Of a stretch of DNA of 64,000 bases, positions 10,851 through 21,136 are shown one piece after another. Origin of the DNA: Candidatus Bathyarchaeota archaeon (GTDB taxonomy: Archaea; Thermoproteota; Bathyarchaeia; TCS64); assembly GCA_963771885.1 (NCBI GenBank), contig CAVYVF010000023.1, positions 736,001 to 800,000 on the forward strand, in the 5' to 3' direction. The translations under genes and the position numbers were made by a program. Each line of letters begins with the position of its first letter. The first letter of the stretch is position 1. The notes below the pieces were generated by a model, which did no database searches, was not told the DNA's origin, and saw only the letters and a program-made list of their open reading frames with translations.

Positions 10851-11086
10851 GCTATCAGCCCTACGAAGCTCGCGGCGTAGAGGGCGAATGTGACGAGAAT
10901 CCCTACGATTATGAAGAGTTTGATAATGCGTCTGCTCTCGTTTGCCTTCGCGAACGGTTTGTTAAGGAACCCGAGGTGTCTCTTCTCGAGCTCGGCGGGT
11001 TCGGCGCGGAGGCTCATGTAGACCATTACGACGCCTAACCACGCGATTATGAAGCCTAGCCCGATTACCGCGATGGATGAGTCCAC
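10844..11086 (-). CDS. small two-TM membrane protein
   Basis: 80-aa ORF with two hydrophobic helices, overlapping the start of the next gene. Confidence 0.6.
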   Translation of the reverse strand: MDSSIAVIGLGFIIAWLGVVMVYMSLRAEPAELEKRHLGFLNKPFAKANESRRIIKLFIIVGILVTFALYAASFVGLIAW

Positions 11087-11179
11087 TTGAACCTCTCACA
11101 GATGGCTTGGCCGATTGTCTTAAACCTTTCTAGCGGCGATCCGGCTTTCCAATATACTCACCGCATCTCTATAGGTGCT

Positions 11180-11800
11180 CTAGGTGTTCCAGAGGCTCGC
11201 CTTACCCATATACTCGTTGACCTCCCACTCCCGTATCGAGACACTGTCCACGTCCACTACGTAAATCGCGTGGAGGCGGGCGTTGCGTATCTCCTCAACG
11301 CTGACGGGGGGGTTTGTGTAATAGAGGTCGCAGAGCTTCTTTATCGAGGCGATTTCCTCCTCGGTGCGGAACCGGGGAGGCTTTGTGAGGCTGGGAGGTA
11401 TCTGGAGGACGTAGTAGGGAGGCGTGGCGAGGACAAACTTGCTCGCGTAGCTGCTGTAGCGGACGATCTTGCTCGCGGCGCGTGCCCTGAGGTAGATGAG
11501 GGGGTCGACGGCGTTCTCGGGGGGCACGAATCCTGTTTCGGCCTCCACCATGAGGCTCCCAAGGCCCTTCTCGGCGTAGACGTCCGTGCTTATCCCATTG
11601 ACAGCGGTCTCGAGCTTGACGTCGAAGCCTGCCTCGACGAGGTGAGAGGCGCAGACGAGTTCCATAACGCTGTGGTTGATCTTTACCCTGTTCTGTTTGT
11701 GCATGCGCTCGAGGTCGTCACGCAGTTGCCGTATCTTGGGGTGGTAGGCTGGGTCTAGTTTATCGAATATCTTGGAGACGACGGAGTCTACGTCTCGCAT
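11180..11800 (-). CDS. hypothetical protein, possible PD-(D/E)XK nuclease-like fold
   Basis: H...E...DVYA..VEAETG pattern; start set at ATG 11800. Confidence 0.6.
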   Translation of the reverse strand: MRDVDSVVSKIFDKLDPAYHPKIRQLRDDLERMHKQNRVKINHSVMELVCASHLVEAGFDVKLETAVNGISTDVYAEKGLGSLMVEAETGFVPPENAVDPLIYLRARAASKIVRYSSYASKFVLATPPYYVLQIPPSLTKPPRFRTEEEIASIKKLCDLYYTNPPVSVEEIRNARLHAIYVVDVDSVSIREWEVNEYMGKASLWNT

Positions 11801-11940
11801 AAACTCCTCTGTAGACCCTTTTGCCCCCACTATCGGCACCGGTGCCCTTACCCTCACTCAGCGAAACTAACTATTAAAGTGTCCCGGTCAGCCCGGATGA
11901 TGATAAATATGCCCGTGTGGCACCTTATACGCGACCGATA

Positions 11941-12252
11941 ATGCCCGAGAAGAATGTTTGGGAGATATTCAGCACCGAGTGCCCTAGCGTCAGCGAGGCC
12001 TACATGAAGCTCAGCCAGGCGATCAGCGCCCACGGCGGGCTCGACGAGAAGACGAGGCTCCTCATCCTCGTCGGCATCCACTCTACAACCCGCGACCCGG
12101 TGGCTCTGCGCCACTTCGTAGGCCTCGCCCTCAAGGCAGGGATACCAAAGAAGCAGATAGAGTCCGCGGCGCTCCTCGCCTTCAACACCGGCGTCACAAA
12201 CGCCGAGCTCGCCATCCCGATCATCGAGGAGATGGCGAAGAAGGCAAAGTAG
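11941..12252 (+). CDS. carboxymuconolactone decarboxylase (CMD/AhpD-like) family protein
   Basis: GGLDEKTRLLI...ALKAGIPKKQI helical pattern; no CxxC. Confidence 0.8.
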   Translation: MPEKNVWEIFSTECPSVSEAYMKLSQAISAHGGLDEKTRLLILVGIHSTTRDPVALRHFVGLALKAGIPKKQIESAALLAFNTGVTNAELAIPIIEEMAKKAK

Positions 12253-12664
12253 ACAGGTCCACCTTCTTCAGACCCGTTTCTTTTATGAATCCGAATGACT
12301 TGACCCTGAAGAGGTGGCTCCCGCAGGAGCAGTCACTGCAGCCGAAGTGGGGGATGGCTTCTCCCTTCTCCGCGACCTTCTCGGCTATCTCGCACTCCAT
12401 CCTCACCGCCCAATCCGTAGCGTAGATCGCCTCGATCTCGACGCCGGGCTCGCGGAGCAGGTAGTCGATGTGCCAGTGGGTGACCTTTCCCTCCCCCCTC
12501 GCGGTGCGGAGGTGTCTCTCGAGGCGGGGGATGAGGCTGTTCAGGGCGGAGCCAACGTAGACGTAACGCCCCCGTGGGAAATCGATCTCACCCAGCGCGC
12601 CAACCTTGATCCTGCTGTCTCTGTCGACATTTATGCAGAGGCAGTAGCTCCCCCGGGTTACCAT
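12221..12664 (-). CDS. GIY-YIG nuclease family protein (DUF123/Uri-like)
   Basis: GSYCL...YVYVGSA, RLERH, HWHIDYL, FGCSDCSCGSHL. Confidence 0.85.
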   Translation of the reverse strand: MVTRGSYCLCINVDRDSRIKVGALGEIDFPRGRYVYVGSALNSLIPRLERHLRTARGEGKVTHWHIDYLLREPGVEIEAIYATDWAVRMECEIAEKVAEKGEAIPHFGCSDCSCGSHLFRVKSFGFIKETGLKKVDLSTLPSSPSPR

Positions 12665-12698
12665 GAGGGAAGAGCCACGCCTCCGTTTAAAAAAATGG

Positions 12699-14613
12699 TC
12701 ACTTGAGGTGCTGCGTTGAACCAGTCGACCATATCGTGTAGGCGTCGCTTCCTTATGGCGGGGCGTGCGAGGTTCCTGAACGTGTGGCTGCCCTCCGTGT
12801 AGAGGATGAGCTTCGTCTCGACGCCGAGGTACTTGAGCGCCGTGTACATCTGTATGCTCTGGTCCATCCAGCACCTGTTATCATTCATGCTGTGGATGAA
12901 CATCGTCGGCGTCTTGGCGTTCTTGGCATAGGTGAGGGGCGACTTCTCCTCGTATGCCTCGGGGTTGGTCCAAGGGTCTCCGCCGATCTGGTCGGGGCCG
13001 AAGTGGAAGCCTATGTCGGTTGTGCCGAAGAAGCTGGTCCAGTTGCAGATGCTGTTCTGGCTCAGGGCGCACCTGAAGCGGTTCGTATGGCCGATAACCC
13101 AGTTCGTCATGAATCCGCCATAGCTTAGCCCCGTGACGGCGATGCGCGTCTCGTCTATCCAGTCATATGCGCCGAGGACGTGATCTACGAACTCCATGAA
13201 GTCGCGGTAGTCCCGAGTCCCGTACTTGAATCGGATGTCGGCGAATTCCTGGTCGTAGCCGTCGCTGCCCCTGATGTTTGCGTAGACGACTACGTAGCCC
13301 TCCGAAGCGTATATCTGGTGCTCAAACATGGGGGCGTAACCATACTTGCTCCGAGGCCCGCCGTGGATGTCGAAGATGGCCGGGTACTCCTTTCCCATCT
13401 TCCACCCGTAGGGCTTGAGGAGCCACCCCTCGATGGTGGCGCCGTCGCTCGCCTCGAAGCTGAAGTGCTCCCCGTCGATCATCGGTGCCTCCGCAAGCGG
13501 GGCTTCCGATAGGCGGGTGATCTTCGCCTCATTCTTCCCATTCTTGACGTAGACCTCGGCGGGCTCCGCGATCCCGGTGCGAGTGTAGGCGACGACTCCA
13601 CCGCGGACGCTGAACTCCTCGACACAGAAGTCGCCCGAGGCGACCATGGCGACCTCACCGTCTTCCGGCTTAATACTGCGAAGCTCGTTCCTACCTCCGT
13701 CGCTCACGGGGAAGTATATCCTGTCGCCGTCCCAGACGGGGCTCGACGAGCCCGCGTACTGGCTACGGAGGTCGTTGTAGACGACGCGTCCGCTGCCCCT
13801 GTCGAGCTTTCCAGTGAGGTCTGTGGGCTCGCCGCCGATCGGGGGGATGACCCAGACCGTCGTGTGAGTCGGGTAGCCGTGGCTCAGGTCGTTCCCCGTG
13901 AAGAAGAGCAGCTCGTCATCGGGGGACCAGCCTATGCTCGCTATTGTATGCTTCTCTAGGAGCTTTAGGCACTCGCCCTTCTCCTCATCGAGTACGTAGA
14001 GAGTGGTCTCCCTTGGCGCCGACTCTGTCTCGGCGACGGCGTAGGCGACGCGCTTGCCTATGTTCGAAGGGGCGTGACAGGCGACGTCCACCTCACCCTT
14101 CGTGATCTGCCTCATACTGCCCGAGGCGACGTCGACGACGTGAAGGTGTTTCCTCCTGTAGTGGGTCCAGCCTACTCCGTCGTACCAGAAGGTGAGGTGC
14201 TCGATGACGCGTACGTCCTTAGGCTCCTCACCAACGTAGCCGAGGTAGTAGATGCGCTCTCCGTCGCCGCTCCAGACGGGCTGCTCGGCTCCCCCCGGCG
14301 CCCTGCAGACTAGGCGCGGCTCCCCCTGCGGGGTCGTCACCCATATCTCAGCGCCTTTCTCCCCCTCTTTTAGCCCCCTGTTGGAGACGAAGGCGAGCTG
14401 CGAGCCGTCGGGGCTCCACGTTGGGCTCCTCGCCTTCTCCCAGAACGTCTTCGGCGAGCCATTCTTCGGGTCGACGAGGTAGAGCGTAGATACGTATGCG
14501 TCTCCCTGCGCCCGGGTGATGACGTAGGCGAGGCTTCCCCCATCCGGCGAGAGCTGCGGGTGGGATGCAGCCACGAACTTTTCGAGGTCTTCTATCTCAA
14601 GCCTTCTCGGCAA
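12699..14613 (-). CDS. S9 family dipeptidyl/acylaminoacyl peptidase (apparent +1 frameshift near the C-terminus)
   Basis: SPDG/WSPD beta-propeller repeats, IHGGP, GLSYGG nucleophile, D..C and EGSH. Removing one base near 12716 gives ...DWFNQHLK-stop at 12699. Confidence 0.9.
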
Positions 14614-14710
14614 TGGAATCACTGGAATAGCATAGGGGTGATCCGGATTTAAGATTGGGCAGGTGGGGTTGCCTGCAAAGTTTTTTCGGCGTAAGGGGGT
14701 ATCTGTACAT

Positions 14711-15886
14711 ATGGTTCTCAAGCTGAGGGACGAGTGGCCCCTGCTCAAGGGTAAGATTCACTTCGATACGGCTACGACGGGCGCGATGCCAGCGTCGACG
14801 ATAAAGGTTCTCGGAGAGTACGTCGAGACAGTCCAGGCGATGTTCCGCGGAGACCTGCCCTGGCAGTCAGGCACGGGTGACTATGCAAACCGGCGCCTCA
14901 ACTCGAAGAAGCTCTTCGCCGAGGTCATCGGGGGGAAGGAGGAGGAGATTGCCTTCATCCCGAACGCGACAGCGGGCATCAACACTGCGATCAACATGAT
15001 CCCCGTCAAGAGGGGGCAGAATTTCGTCTGCACGAACCTCAGTTTCCCGATGGGGGCGACAATCGTCAATAAGCAGAGGGACCGCGGCGCCAAGCCCAAG
15101 TGGCTCAAGAATAAGAAGGGCATCGTCACCCTCGAGCAGTTCGAGAAGGCTGTGAACGACAAGACCGCAGCCGTTGTTGTGGACCAGCCGAGCTGGTTCA
15201 ACGGTTACCTGCACGACCTCAAGGCGCTTAGCGAGGTCTGCCACAAGCATGGGGCGAAGCTCGTTGTCGACGGCACCCAAAGTATAGGCAGCCTCGCGTG
15301 GGAGGCGGACAGGTGGGGGGTCGACTTCGCGGCGACGAGCACCTATAAGTGGCTCATGGGTGGTCACTATGGGCAGTCGGCGGGCTTCCTCTTCGTCTCG
15401 AAGTCCAACATAGACGCGACTCAACCCGTCTACGTCGGTGAGAAGACACTGGAGCCGAAGGTCGGGGAGCAGAACACGTTCGATGAGTTCACTCTCTACG
15501 ACTGGAAGCCCCGGAAGGGGCTGGAGCGGATCGAGGTCTTCGCCAGGCAGGAGATCAGCTACGTCGCCGTGGAGAACTCGATGAAGGTACTACTGGCCCA
15601 CGGCAAGAAGGCGGTTGAAAGGCAGGTTAGGGACGTGGACAACACGCTCGTTGAGGAACTTACGAAGAGGCACTTCAAGCTGCAGACGCCGAAGGAGGAG
15701 GAGAAGCGCATATACGTCAACGTGCAGGTCCCCGACTTCAAGGCGGTGGGCGAGAAGTTGATGGCGAGAAACGTACACGTCGCCGCGAGGATCGGCGGGC
15801 TCCGCATCAGCCCCCACTTCTACAACACGGAGGAGGAGGCGGTCGCACTCGTCAAGGTGCTCCGCGAGGTCACAAAGCCCCGGTAA
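14711..15886 (+). CDS. class V PLP-dependent aminotransferase (cysteine desulfurase/kynureninase-like)
   Basis: FDTATTG, PNATAG, DGTQ, STYKWL, RISPHFYN. Confidence 0.88.
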   Translation: MVLKLRDEWPLLKGKIHFDTATTGAMPASTIKVLGEYVETVQAMFRGDLPWQSGTGDYANRRLNSKKLFAEVIGGKEEEIAFIPNATAGINTAINMIPVKRGQNFVCTNLSFPMGATIVNKQRDRGAKPKWLKNKKGIVTLEQFEKAVNDKTAAVVVDQPSWFNGYLHDLKALSEVCHKHGAKLVVDGTQSIGSLAWEADRWGVDFAATSTYKWLMGGHYGQSAGFLFVSKSNIDATQPVYVGEKTLEPKVGEQNTFDEFTLYDWKPRKGLERIEVFARQEISYVAVENSMKVLLAHGKKAVERQVRDVDNTLVEELTKRHFKLQTPKEEEKRIYVNVQVPDFKAVGEKLMARNVHVAARIGGLRISPHFYNTEEEAVALVKVLREVTKPR

Positions 15887-15926
15887 ACGCTTTTACTCAA
15901 GCCTGGTACTTCTCAATCGATCCTGC

Positions 15927-17165
15927 ATGAAGGTGCTAGTCGTCGGCAACGGGGCGAGGGAGCACGCGATCGCCAAGAAGCTTTACGCCGACGGAGCCGA
16001 GCTTACCTCCGCGATGGCGAAGAGGAACCCTGGAATAGCCTCAATAAGCAAACGCATCGAACTAATCGACATAAACAAGCCCGGCGACTACGACCGCTTC
16101 TCGGGCTTTGACATCGCATTCATTGGCCCCGAGGCGCCACTCGCCGCCGGCATCGCCGACGTATTGGTCGCAAAGGGGATACCAACGGTCGGTCCTATCA
16201 AGAGCCTCGCCCGCCTCGAGTGGAGCAAGAGCTACGCCCGCATGGTCCTCGAGGAGGCCGGCATCCCTGGCAACCCCGCCTTCAAGATATGCAGGAGCCT
16301 CACCGAGGTCAGGCTCTTCCTCAGGGACCATCCCGACGTCGCAGTCAAACCCGACGTCCTCACCGGCGGCAAGGGCGTAAAGCTCACAGGCGAGCACCTC
16401 AGAACCCAGAAGGAGATCGAGGACTACTGCGCTGAGTGCATAAAGAACGACGGCCTCGTAGTTCTCGAGGAGAAGCTCCTCGGCAAGGAGTTCACGCTGC
16501 AGGCTTTCGTCGACGGTAAGCATGTTGAGGTGATGCCGCTCGTCCGCGACTTCAAGAGGGCGTATGACGGCGACAAGGGCCCCAACACGGGGAGCATGGG
16601 GAGCTACAGTTGCCCCGACCACGGCATGCCCGACCTCTCCGCTGACGTCGTTAAGACGGGCGCTGACATCATGAAGCAGACTATCGCGAGCCTCACCGAG
16701 TCAGTAGGCGAGTACCACGGCTTCCTCTATGGAGGCTTCATGAACACCTCCAACGGTGTCTACCTCATCGAGTACAACTCGCGCCTTGGCGACCCCGAGG
16801 CGATAAATGTCCTCGCCCTCCTCGACGACTCGCTCATCGACACCGGGTTCAAGATGGTCGAGGGCAAGCTCAGTAAATCCAACTTCCGGAAGGAGGCGAC
16901 GGTCTGCGTATACGTCGTCCCCGATGGCTACCCAGAGAACCCAAAGAAGGACCTGCCCATCACTATTGGGAAGCTCAAGCACTCGGAGCCCTACTATGCC
17001 TCGGTCTACGCGGAGGGAGGCGTCATAAGGACGACGACCAGCAGGGCGGTGGCGCTCCTCGCGAGGGGCAGGACCGTCGCCGAGGCACGCGAGCGCGTCT
17101 ACGCAGACGCCAGCGCCGTTAAGGGCGCAGTCTTCTACCGCCGCGACATAGCCGCTGGTGCCTAA
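15927..17165 (+). CDS. purD: phosphoribosylamine--glycine ligase
   Basis: GNGAREHA, GPEAPL, LEWSK, GGKGV, DFKRAYDGDKGPNTGSMG, EYNSRLGDPE, YRRDIA. Confidence 0.96.
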   Translation: MKVLVVGNGAREHAIAKKLYADGAELTSAMAKRNPGIASISKRIELIDINKPGDYDRFSGFDIAFIGPEAPLAAGIADVLVAKGIPTVGPIKSLARLEWSKSYARMVLEEAGIPGNPAFKICRSLTEVRLFLRDHPDVAVKPDVLTGGKGVKLTGEHLRTQKEIEDYCAECIKNDGLVVLEEKLLGKEFTLQAFVDGKHVEVMPLVRDFKRAYDGDKGPNTGSMGSYSCPDHGMPDLSADVVKTGADIMKQTIASLTESVGEYHGFLYGGFMNTSNGVYLIEYNSRLGDPEAINVLALLDDSLIDTGFKMVEGKLSKSNFRKEATVCVYVVPDGYPENPKKDLPITIGKLKHSEPYYASVYAEGGVIRTTTSRAVALLARGRTVAEARERVYADASAVKGAVFYRRDIAAGA

Positions 17166-17217
17166 TCCACACAAGTTATTAGGAAACGCCCCGAGGAATT
17201 AGTATTCAGGTGCTTCT

Positions 17218-17787
17218 ATGAGCAACAGGGATGACAGACTGGCGAGGCTTGAGGCCATCCTCTACGCCTCTGGTCGTCCCCTGAGCCTCGCCACCATAGT
17301 AGCTCATTTAAAGTTGGAGAACGAGGTGGAGGCGAAGCAGCTCACGTTGCGTCTTGGGGACATCTACGAGCAGGGCGGAAGTCCTCTTGAGGTCAGATAT
17401 CTCCCCGAGGACCGCGTAGTCATCCAGTTGAAGACTGACTACACGAAGGAGGCGCGCAAGTTCAGCATACGCCCCCTACTCACCGCGGGGCCACTCCGCA
17501 CCCTCAGTTACATCGCCTACAACCAGCCCATCGAGCAAAGGGAGGTCGCCATCGCGAGGGGTAGCCAGAGCTACCAGCATATTAAACAGCTCGTCCAGAT
17601 GGGGCTCGTTACAAAGGAGAAGGGTACTGGCAGGGCTAAGCTACTCAAGACGACGGACGACTTCGCGGACACCCTCGGACTCAGCAGGGATCGTGGCAAC
17701 ATGAAGCGCCAGCTTAGGAGCCTCTTCCACAAGTTGGAGACAGAGGACCTGCAGAACAAGCAGGCGAAGCAGTCGAAAGAGCAGTAG
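17218..17787 (+). CDS. scpB: SMC-Scp complex subunit ScpB
   Basis: LEAILYASGRP, LRTLSYIAYNQP, IARG, TTDDF. Confidence 0.9.
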   Translation: MSNRDDRLARLEAILYASGRPLSLATIVAHLKLENEVEAKQLTLRLGDIYEQGGSPLEVRYLPEDRVVIQLKTDYTKEARKFSIRPLLTAGPLRTLSYIAYNQPIEQREVAIARGSQSYQHIKQLVQMGLVTKEKGTGRAKLLKTTDDFADTLGLSRDRGNMKRQLRSLFHKLETEDLQNKQAKQSKEQ

Positions 17788-17914
17788 GCGACGGGCCCAC
17801 GCTGCGATAAAATGATTTATCCTCATGCACGCGCGTACGAGAAGTACATTCTCTACTAGACTCCGCCATCATAACCTTTTATAGCCACCAGCATGGGGCA
17901 ACCATAGAAGACCC

Positions 17915-18037
17915 ATGGATGAGACCCTGCTCATAATCGCCACGCTCGTCAGCCTCATACCAGGCGCCTACTTCGCATGGAAAGTCATAAAGGGCGCTAT
18001 TCTCGCCTTCCGACGGGGGAGCGACGACGATCTTTAG
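17915..18037 (+). CDS. 40-aa single-TM small protein
   Basis: MDETLLIIATLVSLIPGAYFAWKVIKGAILAFRRGSDDDL; TTTTATA box at 17877-17883; host-like GC3 codons. Confidence 0.55.
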   Translation: MDETLLIIATLVSLIPGAYFAWKVIKGAILAFRRGSDDDL

Positions 18038-18108
18038 CTATATAGACTACGTTTTCTACATCCCTGAAACCTATAAGAAAGCTCAGCAATATTGGGAATC
18101 GAAGCCCA

Positions 18109-18810
18109 ATGAAGTACGAGATAAAGTATGCACCGAGCTACTCGATGCTCGTCGTCAACCTAGAGCAGGGTGAGCAGATCACCGGCGAAGCCGGCGCCAT
18201 GACCTACATGAGCCCAACCATGGATGTCAGGACCCGGAAGAGGGAACAGAGCATACTGGGGACGCTCGCTACCGCCCTCATTGGCGGCCAGAGCTTCTTC
18301 GTCAACGACTACGCCGCCGCGCGAGGACCCGGCGAGATAGCCCTCGTCGCCGCTCCTGTCGGGGACATCACTAAACTCGATGTCCAGCCAAGCAAGGGCT
18401 ACATCATCCAGAAGGCGGGCTACCTCGCCTCCGGGCAGAACATCGACCTAGACATCCGCTGGGAGGGTTTCAGCAGGGGCCTTTTCGGTCAAGGTTTATT
18501 CATGATAAAGGTCACAGGGCAGGGTGACCTCTTCATAAACACCTTCGGCGCCATCGATAAGCACATCTTAGCGCCCGGAGAACAGTTGATCGTCGACAAC
18601 TTCCATCTAGTCGCCTTCAGCGACACCTGCGCCTACCAGGTCGAGAAGGTAGGAGGATGGAAGGAGACCATCTTCAGCGGCGAGGGTTTCCTCACCCGTA
18701 TAACCGGACCCGGCGAGGTTTACATCCAGACGAAGAACCTGCGAGAGTTCGCGGAGTGGATCTGGACCCTCATCGAGCCGATGGTCCAGGTCCGGGCTCG
18801 GGCGCGGTAG
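18109..18810 (+). CDS. TIGR00266/AIM24 family protein
   Basis: EAGAMTYMS, GGQSFFVN, VDNFHLVAF, SGEG, GPGEVYIQT. Confidence 0.9.
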   Translation: MKYEIKYAPSYSMLVVNLEQGEQITGEAGAMTYMSPTMDVRTRKREQSILGTLATALIGGQSFFVNDYAAARGPGEIALVAAPVGDITKLDVQPSKGYIIQKAGYLASGQNIDLDIRWEGFSRGLFGQGLFMIKVTGQGDLFINTFGAIDKHILAPGEQLIVDNFHLVAFSDTCAYQVEKVGGWKETIFSGEGFLTRITGPGEVYIQTKNLREFAEWIWTLIEPMVQVRARAR

Positions 18811-18811
18811 C

Positions 18812-19888
18812 CTAGTCGCTTGGCTCCGCGTCCCTCTCTAGGCTTCCGCAGGTGCAGTGGATGCTCCCGCTGTTACGGGGACGTACGAGGCTGCTGCACT
18901 CGACCTCGACGACGTCGACGCCTATGGACTCTAGCCACTTCGTGTTCTTAGGGTTGCCGACGGGGACCATGATCTTCATGGGTTCGAGGACGACGCCCGT
19001 GTTTGGCCCTATCTTGGCGCCGTGTGTATCCGTGTAGACGAGTTCGTCTGGGGGCGTGATGAACTTCCAGTTCATCGTCCTCTTCATCCATTCGACGAGG
19101 TGGGGCTCGAACCATTTGGGGTCGCCGACGCTTGTATGGCGGTCTATCATCGCGTAGTCGATCGTGCCCTTCGTGGAGCCGTAGCCGGGTTCGATCTTGA
19201 TGTCGACCTCAGGGTCCTGCGTCTTGATGATGCGGGCGAGCTGCTCGTGGCCCCAGTCGTTAGCCTTCGATACCGCGGGGTCAGCCGTGTTGCCCCTTGC
19301 GAAGTGGACCTCCACGAGTAGGTGCTTCTCGTCGAGCCAGCCGATGGAGCCCCCCTCTGCCATGCCATCGCCGACGATCATACCCACGACGGGGCATCCA
19401 GCCTCTGCGAGGGTCTGGTAGGTCGGCAGCTCCTCCCCCTTCCTGATCCAATCGTACATGCGGAGGATGACCTGCCCGTAGACGGCTGGGTGGCAGACAT
19501 CGTCGGTGAAGATCGCCTTCACCTGGTAGGGTGGGTCATGTGGGTCGGGCTTCCTGACGAGGACGCGTATCCCCTCGTCGTGGTACGCCTTGACGAGGTT
19601 CTCGTGGTGCTCAACCATCTCGTCGAGGTCCGGCTTGAAGGTCATGCGCCACGCTGCGAGGCTCGACTCGTGGGGGGGCCACGGCGTCTTATTACCCACG
19701 CTTAGGAACTCCTTCCCCGGACGATGGACGAGGACTGTCCTCAGCTTGCCGATGGTCGTATTCGCCTTCCACTTGCCGCCCCAGAACTTAGGCATGTCCT
19801 CCTCGAAGGTTGAGTGCACTTGCGGGTGGAGGCGGGTGTACATGTCGGTTAGCTGCTTGATGTTCTCCGCGCTGTTTGTCTGAGACAT
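18812..19888 (-). CDS. amidinotransferase/arginine deiminase superfamily protein (divergent)
   Basis: GKLRTVLVHRPG, EH..L, IFTDD, R.GE, AEGG, GSIHC. Confidence 0.8.
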   Translation of the reverse strand: MSQTNSAENIKQLTDMYTRLHPQVHSTFEEDMPKFWGGKWKANTTIGKLRTVLVHRPGKEFLSVGNKTPWPPHESSLAAWRMTFKPDLDEMVEHHENLVKAYHDEGIRVLVRKPDPHDPPYQVKAIFTDDVCHPAVYGQVILRMYDWIRKGEELPTYQTLAEAGCPVVGMIVGDGMAEGGSIGWLDEKHLLVEVHFARGNTADPAVSKANDWGHEQLARIIKTQDPEVDIKIEPGYGSTKGTIDYAMIDRHTSVGDPKWFEPHLVEWMKRTMNWKFITPPDELVYTDTHGAKIGPNTGVVLEPMKIMVPVGNPKNTKWLESIGVDVVEVECSSLVRPRNSGSIHCTCGSLERDAEPSD

Positions 19889-19928
19889 GGGTAAGGGGTA
19901 GCCGATCCCGGTAAAACAGTTGCCCCGG

Positions 19929-21131
19929 TTAGTGGTACTGGTCGTAGTAGGGGTCTTTGAGGTAGTAGCCCTGCCAGATAGTCTTGCCCGCGTCGACGAG
20001 CTGCTTGCCCTTAGCGTAGACCTTCTCGACGTGCAGCTCCTCCGGCTTGTCAGCGACGACGATGTCGGCGTCGTAGCCTTCGGCTATCCTGCCCTTCCTG
20101 TCGTCGATTCCGAGGCACTTGGCGGGGTTTGTCGTCACCATCCTGAGCGCCTCCTCGAATGGAAGGATGCTGTTGTGGACGATGTCCCTAATCTCGCGGC
20201 GAGTGAAGTCGACAGGAGCTATGTAGACCTTGACTTGCTTGCCCTTGGCGTCTCTTATTGCCATGGGACAGTTCGCGTCACTGCTGATCGTGATGTACTC
20301 GATAGGGCAGCCTGCGGCGAGCATCCGCTTCACAGCGAGGTCCGTCTTCAGACCCGTAAGGGTGCCTTCCTCCTTCCTCATCTGCGTCGTGAGGTCGACG
20401 TAGCCTCCCCTCTTCGCCCACTCCGTCGCCTGTGCCATAACGTCGGGCGTGAGGCGGTTCACATGCGTAGGCTGTATGAGCCTTGCTGGTAGTCCCGTGT
20501 TCTCTATGACCTCGAAGAGCATATCCATCCTCTGCGGGCGGCGACCTACATGGACATGGGTGACTGCGGTCTTCTTCACCGTCTCGGCGCCAAGCTCGAC
20601 CTCGCTCACTAGCTCAGCCATCTCCCTCCAAGTGTGATGGCTTGTCGTAGCGTCAGAGATCGCCGTCTTGAGGCCGCGTACCTTGTCGATGAGCACGACG
20701 TCGCCCCTAACAGAGCCGGTGATGGTCGGCGGTGGGATGTGGAAGCACCCCGTGTACATGTAGGTTGTTATTCCCAGCATGTCCAGCTCGATGGTCTTCC
20801 AGTAGAGTTGCTCGAGGGTGCGCACCGCGTACTCGCCCCCGAGCGTGCCTACGGCGGTCGTCACGCCGCTTTCGACGATGTCTTGGAAGGAGACGTCGTA
20901 TGTGTGCCCGAAGGGACCCTGGCTGTCGTCTGCGCCGGTGATGTGGATGTGTGGATCGACCCAGCCGGGGTAGACGATCTTACCCGTGGCGTCGATGGTC
21001 TCGCACTTGTATCCACCGGGAGCCTTGATGTCCTCCCCGACGGCGGCTATCTTGTCGCCGGCGATGAGGATATTCGCCTTACCGATCTTCTCGGGGGCGT
21101 AGACCTCCCCACCCTTAACGAGCTTAAACAT
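19929..21131 (-). CDS. isoaspartyl dipeptidase (IadA)-like amidohydrolase
   Basis: PGWVDPHIH, GVTT, KTAISD, HVG, PTHVNR, SSDAN, G.DAD. Confidence 0.85.
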   Translation of the reverse strand: MFKLVKGGEVYAPEKIGKANILIAGDKIAAVGEDIKAPGGYKCETIDATGKIVYPGWVDPHIHITGADDSQGPFGHTYDVSFQDIVESGVTTAVGTLGGEYAVRTLEQLYWKTIELDMLGITTYMYTGCFHIPPPTITGSVRGDVVLIDKVRGLKTAISDATTSHHTWREMAELVSEVELGAETVKKTAVTHVHVGRRPQRMDMLFEVIENTGLPARLIQPTHVNRLTPDVMAQATEWAKRGGYVDLTTQMRKEEGTLTGLKTDLAVKRMLAAGCPIEYITISSDANCPMAIRDAKGKQVKVYIAPVDFTRREIRDIVHNSILPFEEALRMVTTNPAKCLGIDDRKGRIAEGYDADIVVADKPEELHVEKVYAKGKQLVDAGKTIWQGYYLKDPYYDQYH

Positions 21132-21136
21132 GGCGC

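Noticed and set aside
17218..17787. scpB without adjacent smc/scpA
   Set aside because: Dispersed scpB genes are common in archaea; absence from one window says nothing
18812..21131. Cyanophycin (beta-Asp-Arg) degradation interpretation of the IadA-like plus deiminase-like pair
   Set aside because: No cyanophycinase nearby, and the substrate-binding residues differ from characterised IadA/ADI; kept only as one substrate to test
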